Shown one piece after another: positions 59,372-64,000 of a stretch of DNA of 64,000 bases (its first letter is position 1; each line of letters opens with the position of its first letter). Origin of the DNA: a bacterium (GTDB lineage: Bacteria > Vulcanimicrobiota > Vulcanimicrobiia > Vulcanimicrobiales > Vulcanimicrobiaceae); assembly GCA_021790935.1 (NCBI GenBank), contig JAJYFL010000004.1:91142-155141 (forward strand), given 5' to 3'. A program made the translations under genes and the position numbers. The notes below the pieces were generated by a model. That model was given only the letters and a program-made list of their open reading frames with translations, was not told the DNA's origin and ran no database searches.

Positions 59372-62300
59372 TCAGTTCGAGATGAAGGTGTACGTGATGA
59401 CGGAGGTCTGCCCGGTCGTCGTGCCTCCCTGAATGTTCACCTGATAGGTATTGACGATGTCGTAAGGTATTCGGCGCGGGCTCAAACCGCCGGCCGGCGT
59501 GCCCACGAGCGTCAGCCCAGGAGACGTCATGGGAATCGTTGCCAGCGTCGTCTGGTCGAACGTCAGTCCCGTTCCCGTCGACGACGTGCCTTGGTCGACC
59601 GCGGTAAGCAGCTCGTTGGCCGGCGTGCCCGTGTTAGCCGGATTATTGTTGGTGGAGACGTACAAGTTCCAGCCGACCGGATTAGCAGCGTCGGTGTAAA
59701 CGCTGACAAGCGCGACGTCGGTCCCCGTATTCGCCTGCGCGTTCGCGATCGACCCGAAGTCTAATTGGTTGGACGCCTGAACGTAGCTGCACGCGAGCGT
59801 GCAGCTCGGGACGGGATTCGACCCGCCCGGCCCCGGCGTCGGCCATACCGAGATTACGAGCTGCGCCGTCAGCACGACCTGCATGTAGGTATCCTTCTGC
59901 CAGTTTGCGCTCGCGTCGACGCTGCCGTTGACCACCGCTGGGAACTCGAAGGTATCGTTGATCTTGTAGGGTGCCTTCATTGGGAAATTGACGTCCAACT
60001 TCCCATTCGGCGTCAGCGTGCAAGTGCCGGAACCATCGTTCCCAATGACGATCTGGCCGTTGCCGCCGCCGCTGGTCGCGCTCGTGTACGCCGTCACCGC
60101 GCAATGCGTCCAGCCGGTCCCCGAGAGGGTCGGCGCCGCCGTGATATCCCAGTTCGTCGTGCCGTCGTAACCGTTGACGCCGCTCAGGTCGGTACCGGGG
60201 ATGGTAATCGTTGCGGAGTTGACGTTGTTGCCGCTCGAACTCGTGTTGTCGATCTGGTAGACGAACGAGTTGCCGTACGTCGTGTTGCTGTCGGCGCCGA
60301 TCTGCGGCTGCGCTCCTTGCGGGATGGCCGGCGGCGAGCCGTACGTCCCGGCGTTGACGAACCCGGCCGTCGCCGCGACTGGTGTCACGTTCAGGTTGAA
60401 CGTATGAGCTTTCGACCAGCCGTTGCCGTTGGCACCGTGCGCGTACATTGCGGCGGCGATCGTGCCGGCCGCCGATCCAACGTTCATGTTTCCGGTGAAC
60501 TGGAAGGTCGCACCCGGAGCGAGCGAACTCTGCTCGACGGCCGAGCCGCACGAAGGTAGCGCGGGGTTGACGGGCGGCGGATTGGCCGCCGGCCCGTCGG
60601 CGGGGTTGAACTGCGCGGCGCATAACCCGAACCAGTAATCGGTCGTCGAACCGCTGCCGGGGGAGTTCCCAACGTACGACCAGCCCGTCGTCAGACCGGT
60701 GAAGTTCGACGGATTCGCAATGCCATTGGGAAGTTGCACGACGATCGCATCCAGGTAATCCGGGAACGGATCGGCGGAGGTCGACGTGTTCTGCACCGAT
60801 ACGGTGACCGGGTTATTGGTGTTGGTGCCGACCGACGTCGGCGTGAAACTTGGCGAGATAAGGTTCGCGTCGAGCGAATACGCGCCGACGGCGGTCGCAT
60901 CCACGATCTCCGGGTTGCTCGATCCGACGAGGACGGTCTGCTGATAGGCCGGGTCCGGCGTCAGCGTATAGGCGACGGGCTTCAGCGCTTGAATCGAAAA
61001 ATCGGTGTACGAGAACGAGGATGGCGGCAGGTTCTGCAGATCGATGTAGATCGTTTGATTCGTTCCCGGGGCAATACCGGTGTTGCTGCCGTTGGTTTGA
61101 ATGCAAAACGTGCTCGTCGTCGAGAAGCCGCTGGGGCAGGTCATCGGCCGCCACGCGGTGGGGCTCGATCCGTCGACCGAGGGTATGGTCTGCAGGCTTC
61201 CGGTCGAGTAGAGGGGCGGGTAGGTGATCGCGAGCTGCGTGATGTTGCCGGTGGTCGCCGTCGAATCGTTGGTCGCGAGCAGCGAATAGACATCCGCATA
61301 GGTATTGGGCGCCGCAAACGGCTCGTCGACCGCGTAAAGCGACTGTCCCATGCGCGGGTAATAGCCGTGATCCTCTTCACCGGCTTGCGTCCCGCCGACG
61401 TACGGGGTTCCGACGTTCGTGATGCCGAGATGGAGAAACGTCGCGGTGCCCGCGTACGTGTTTGTACCGGCATTGGTGAAGTACACCGGATTGCTCGCCG
61501 CCGACGAGTTGAGCGGCGACCACGTCAAGCCGTCGGTTGGAAGGATCGACGTCTCACCGGTGCAGACCGGCTTTCCGCTCGAACAATTGCTGTTGCCGGG
61601 CGCATTATAGAACGTCAGGTTCGGCAGCGTGATGGTGGCGCCCATCGCGAGGTGTTGCCCGGGCGTCGCCGGAAGGATGGTCAGGTTGGTGCCCGCATTG
61701 GACCCGCCGCCGACCTGCGTGACGCTAACGTTCCAGCTCTGCCCCATCGAATCGACCACCGTCTCCGCGGCGCAGTTGCATGCCAGCGTCAACGTGATGC
61801 CCTTACGCCCCGTGGAGAAGTAGACGCCGCTAAGCGTGTCGCCGTTGTTCGTTCCGTAGAACGAATCTCCGTCGTTTGCAAACCGGAGCCCCGCCGTGGC
61901 GTTGGAGCCTCCGGGGAGAACGAGCGCGGTCCCGGTGACGGAGGTACCGCCCGCATTCGTGAAGTCGGTCGTCGCGTTGTAGCCGAGCACTTGGAACGCG
62001 CCGGATCCGCCAATGGCGTTGCTGTAGTAATCGTACGCTTGCACCGTGTAACTGTTGGGCGCGAAATTGATCGGCGACTCGGTGTTCATGAACTGGTCGA
62101 CGATGCTGAGCGTGCCGCCACCCGGGAAACCGCATAGAAAATTTTCGTTCCCGTTGGCGTACTGTTGGATGACGGTTCCATTCGGGTTCGAGATCGTAAA
62201 GCAATAGTAGTCGCTGGAGTTCAAACCGGTCACGGTCATCGTGAATCCGTAGTCGGATTCGTCGGAGGTATTGTCGAAAGCGAAGCGGCTCCCGGGAGTC

Positions 62301-63490
62301 GCGACAGGCTGCGGATTCGGCGATGGGTTCCCGCCAATCGGCGTTATGGTCACGGTTCCGGCAGCGGCGCTGACCAGATCGACTTGGCTCTGCGCGATGC
62401 GCCGCTGCGCGGTCTTATCCCAAAGCACCACCGAGTAGCTGCCGGGCGCATACCCCGAGGTGACCGCCCACGTAACCTGCACCTGCAATTGGCCCGAGCT
62501 CAGCGTCGTCACCGGGACCCCAGCTGCGAGATTCGGGTTACACGGGCCGGCTGCGTAGGGGCCCGGCACGCCCACCATCCACGCGCAGTTCACGTCGATA
62601 GCGGTCGATTCGATATAGACGACGTAGGTATCGCTGGAAGCGAGCCCTCCGACCGCATTGATGTAGACGTCGGTCGTGCCGCCCCCGGTCGGCAAGTTGA
62701 AGTTCGTGCTTGGAAAGATCAGGGTCGGGTCTGCGAAAGTGGCCAGCCCGCTCGCCGAACCGACGGTGACGTAGACGGCGGTAACCCAAGCACCGGCCGT
62801 TTGATCGTAGCTCGCGAGGACGTAGGTGCCTTGGTTGGCAAGCGTTAGTTGGTGGCTCGGGCCGTAGTCGCCGTTCGCGTTGGGCGTATAGGGCGTGCCG
62901 ATCGTCTGTGCGGTAGCGCTGGTCGCATCGATGTAGTAATCCTGAAACGTATCCGTCGGGTTGATGGAGTAGTAGCCGCCATAGCAGTTTGCGCCAGGGT
63001 TGTTCGGATTGCAGTACGCCAACTGAAACTGTATGACGCAGCCGACGTTGAAGATCGTGCCGACCGACGCGCCACAGTTGCTGACCGTCGAGTAGCTGAT
63101 CGAGGTCGCGGTCGCCGAGAGCGTCCGGCGCCCGCCGGCAAGCGGAGCGGCCAGCGTGTTGCGCGCGGTCTGCTTCGGCAGCCGCGGAAAGCGCCCGAGC
63201 GGCACCGGTGGCCCGAGCTGCGACTGCAACGCCAGGTTGCCGCGCAGTTGCGGCTGCGGGCTTGCCCCCGGCGCGGCACTCTGTAACGGCAGCACCAGCG
63301 CAGGCGGCGTCGCAACGGGTGCGCTCGGCGCGATCGTCGGCATCGATATGGGGCGCAGCGTCGCACGAGGAAACGGTTCGCGCGGCGGTGGAAGCGCGGG
63401 CCCGGGGTGCGCCGTCGATATCGCAACCGCAACGCCCGCGAAGACGAACGCGGCGAGCACCGCTCGGACCTTTGCGTCAAACCGCATCAA
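59372..63490 (-). CDS. Giant secreted Gly/Thr/Ser/Asn-rich, Cys-containing surface protein (1372 aa), adhesin/S-layer-like
   Basis: Signal peptide, then a Pro-rich spacer and long low-complexity beta-rich repeats with many Cys pairs and N-x-T/S sites. No catalytic motif recognised. Confidence 0.6.
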   Translation of the reverse strand: MMRFDAKVRAVLAAFVFAGVAVAISTAHPGPALPPPREPFPRATLRPISMPTIAPSAPVATPPALVLPLQSAAPGASPQPQLRGNLALQSQLGPPVPLGRFPRLPKQTARNTLAAPLAGGRRTLSATATSISYSTVSNCGASVGTIFNVGCVIQFQLAYCNPNNPGANCYGGYYSINPTDTFQDYYIDATSATAQTIGTPYTPNANGDYGPSHQLTLANQGTYVLASYDQTAGAWVTAVYVTVGSASGLATFADPTLIFPSTNFNLPTGGGTTDVYINAVGGLASSDTYVVYIESTAIDVNCAWMVGVPGPYAAGPCNPNLAAGVPVTTLSSGQLQVQVTWAVTSGYAPGSYSVVLWDKTAQRRIAQSQVDLVSAAAGTVTITPIGGNPSPNPQPVATPGSRFAFDNTSDESDYGFTMTVTGLNSSDYYCFTISNPNGTVIQQYANGNENFLCGFPGGGTLSIVDQFMNTESPINFAPNSYTVQAYDYYSNAIGGSGAFQVLGYNATTDFTNAGGTSVTGTALVLPGGSNATAGLRFANDGDSFYGTNNGDTLSGVYFSTGRKGITLTLACNCAAETVVDSMGQSWNVSVTQVGGGSNAGTNLTILPATPGQHLAMGATITLPNLTFYNAPGNSNCSSGKPVCTGETSILPTDGLTWSPLNSSAASNPVYFTNAGTNTYAGTATFLHLGITNVGTPYVGGTQAGEEDHGYYPRMGQSLYAVDEPFAAPNTYADVYSLLATNDSTATTGNITQLAITYPPLYSTGSLQTIPSVDGSSPTAWRPMTCPSGFSTTSTFCIQTNGSNTGIAPGTNQTIYIDLQNLPPSSFSYTDFSIQALKPVAYTLTPDPAYQQTVLVGSSNPEIVDATAVGAYSLDANLISPSFTPTSVGTNTNNPVTVSVQNTSTSADPFPDYLDAIVVQLPNGIANPSNFTGLTTGWSYVGNSPGSGSTTDYWFGLCAAQFNPADGPAANPPPVNPALPSCGSAVEQSSLAPGATFQFTGNMNVGSAAGTIAAAMYAHGANGNGWSKAHTFNLNVTPVAATAGFVNAGTYGSPPAIPQGAQPQIGADSNTTYGNSFVYQIDNTSSSGNNVNSATITIPGTDLSGVNGYDGTTNWDITAAPTLSGTGWTHCAVTAYTSATSGGGNGQIVIGNDGSGTCTLTPNGKLDVNFPMKAPYKINDTFEFPAVVNGSVDASANWQKDTYMQVVLTAQLVISVWPTPGPGGSNPVPSCTLACSYVQASNQLDFGSIANAQANTGTDVALVSVYTDAANPVGWNLYVSTNNNPANTGTPANELLTAVDQGTSSTGTGLTFDQTTLATIPMTSPGLTLVGTPAGGLSPRRIPYDIVNTYQVNIQGGTTTGQTSVITYTFISN

Positions 63491-64000
63491 TAATACAGCG
63501 AATAGACCGCATTGGTGCTATACGCTCCGCCCGGAACGTTGCCCGGGACCGTCAGAACCAGATCCACGCAATAGGTGTGCTGGTAGCTCGATTTCTCGAC
63601 CACCGCCCAGTTGTCGTTGTTGTCCGGATACACGTAGAAGGGCGTCGCTTGCGCGTTCGGCGTGCCTCCTTGGAGATAGGTGTTGTTCGCGAGCGAGTTC
63701 CCCGGAAAGACCGGCGAGAAATCGTTGGAGAGGCCGTCGTAGAGCGTCCATGAAGACTTTGCCGTGTCCACCGTCACGGTATAGGCGCAGGTCTGCGTGA
63801 CGCTCGTTCCGGCGGTGGCGGCAATCGTATCTGCTGGGACGTTCGAGTAGAGCATCGTCGCTTTCGGGTTCGGCGAAACCTCTGCTTCAACTTTGACGGA
63901 CTGCTGCGCTTGTGCCACTACGAAGGGTCGCCCCGGCGCGAGCGCGTCGAAAAATCCGCTCGAACCGCGCGCGCGCAACGCTACGCGAGTCTCGATTCTC
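63487..64000 (-). CDS. Secreted hypothetical protein (5' end may lie beyond the window)
   Basis: The ORF continues to the window edge. It is Thr/Asn-rich like its neighbour. Confidence 0.4.
   Translation of the reverse strand, partial: RIETRVALRARGSSGFFDALAPGRPFVVAQAQQSVKVEAEVSPNPKATMLYSNVPADTIAATAGTSVTQTCAYTVTVDTAKSSWTLYDGLSNDFSPVFPGNSLANNTYLQGGTPNAQATPFYVYPDNNDNWAVVEKSSYQHTYCVDLVLTVPGNVPGGAYSTNAVYSLYY

Overview
This 64 kb window is a high-GC (roughly 65-70%) bacterial chromosomal segment. It is densely packed with housekeeping genes on both strands. Recognised content includes:
- A pterin operon, moaC-mog-folC-folP-folB-folK.
- A TonB-ExbB-ExbD energy-transduction cluster.
- The genes rho, mpg, rsmA, tilS-hpt-ftsH, smpB, hisC, moeA, serS, a DEAD-box helicase, tRNA-Ser(UGA), an aldehyde dehydrogenase with its DUF779 partner, CFA synthase, and several glycosyltransferases.
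- Two very large secreted repeat proteins (1006 aa and 1372 aa).

No CRISPR array, rRNA or obvious transposase was seen.

The most notable observations are:
1. Two adjacent minus-strand genes each carry an in-frame TGA exactly at a catalytic Cys position. One is a BCP/PrxQ-type peroxiredoxin (FTPV-U-TSQ). The other is a PrdB/GrdB-family selenoprotein-B homolog (TGG-U-PLC, a UxxC motif). Each TGA is followed by a bSECIS-like hairpin. The pair sits next to a near-consensus sigma70 promoter embedded in an AT-rich palindrome, so this is a candidate selenoprotein redox module.
2. A family of ~167-bp elements with 24-bp terminal inverted repeats (TAGGAGGCTGTCGG...) occurs three times, plus one collapsed solo-hairpin copy. 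Every copy sits exactly at the TAG stop codon of a flanking gene.
3. A long structured leader precedes a G5/3D cell-wall protein gene and may be a riboswitch.
4. A protein with two degenerate HD-GYP domains lies near a PilZ gene.
5. An Ogt-like protein has Ala in place of the alkyl-acceptor Cys.
6. A pair of M16-like proteins lacks the zinc motif.
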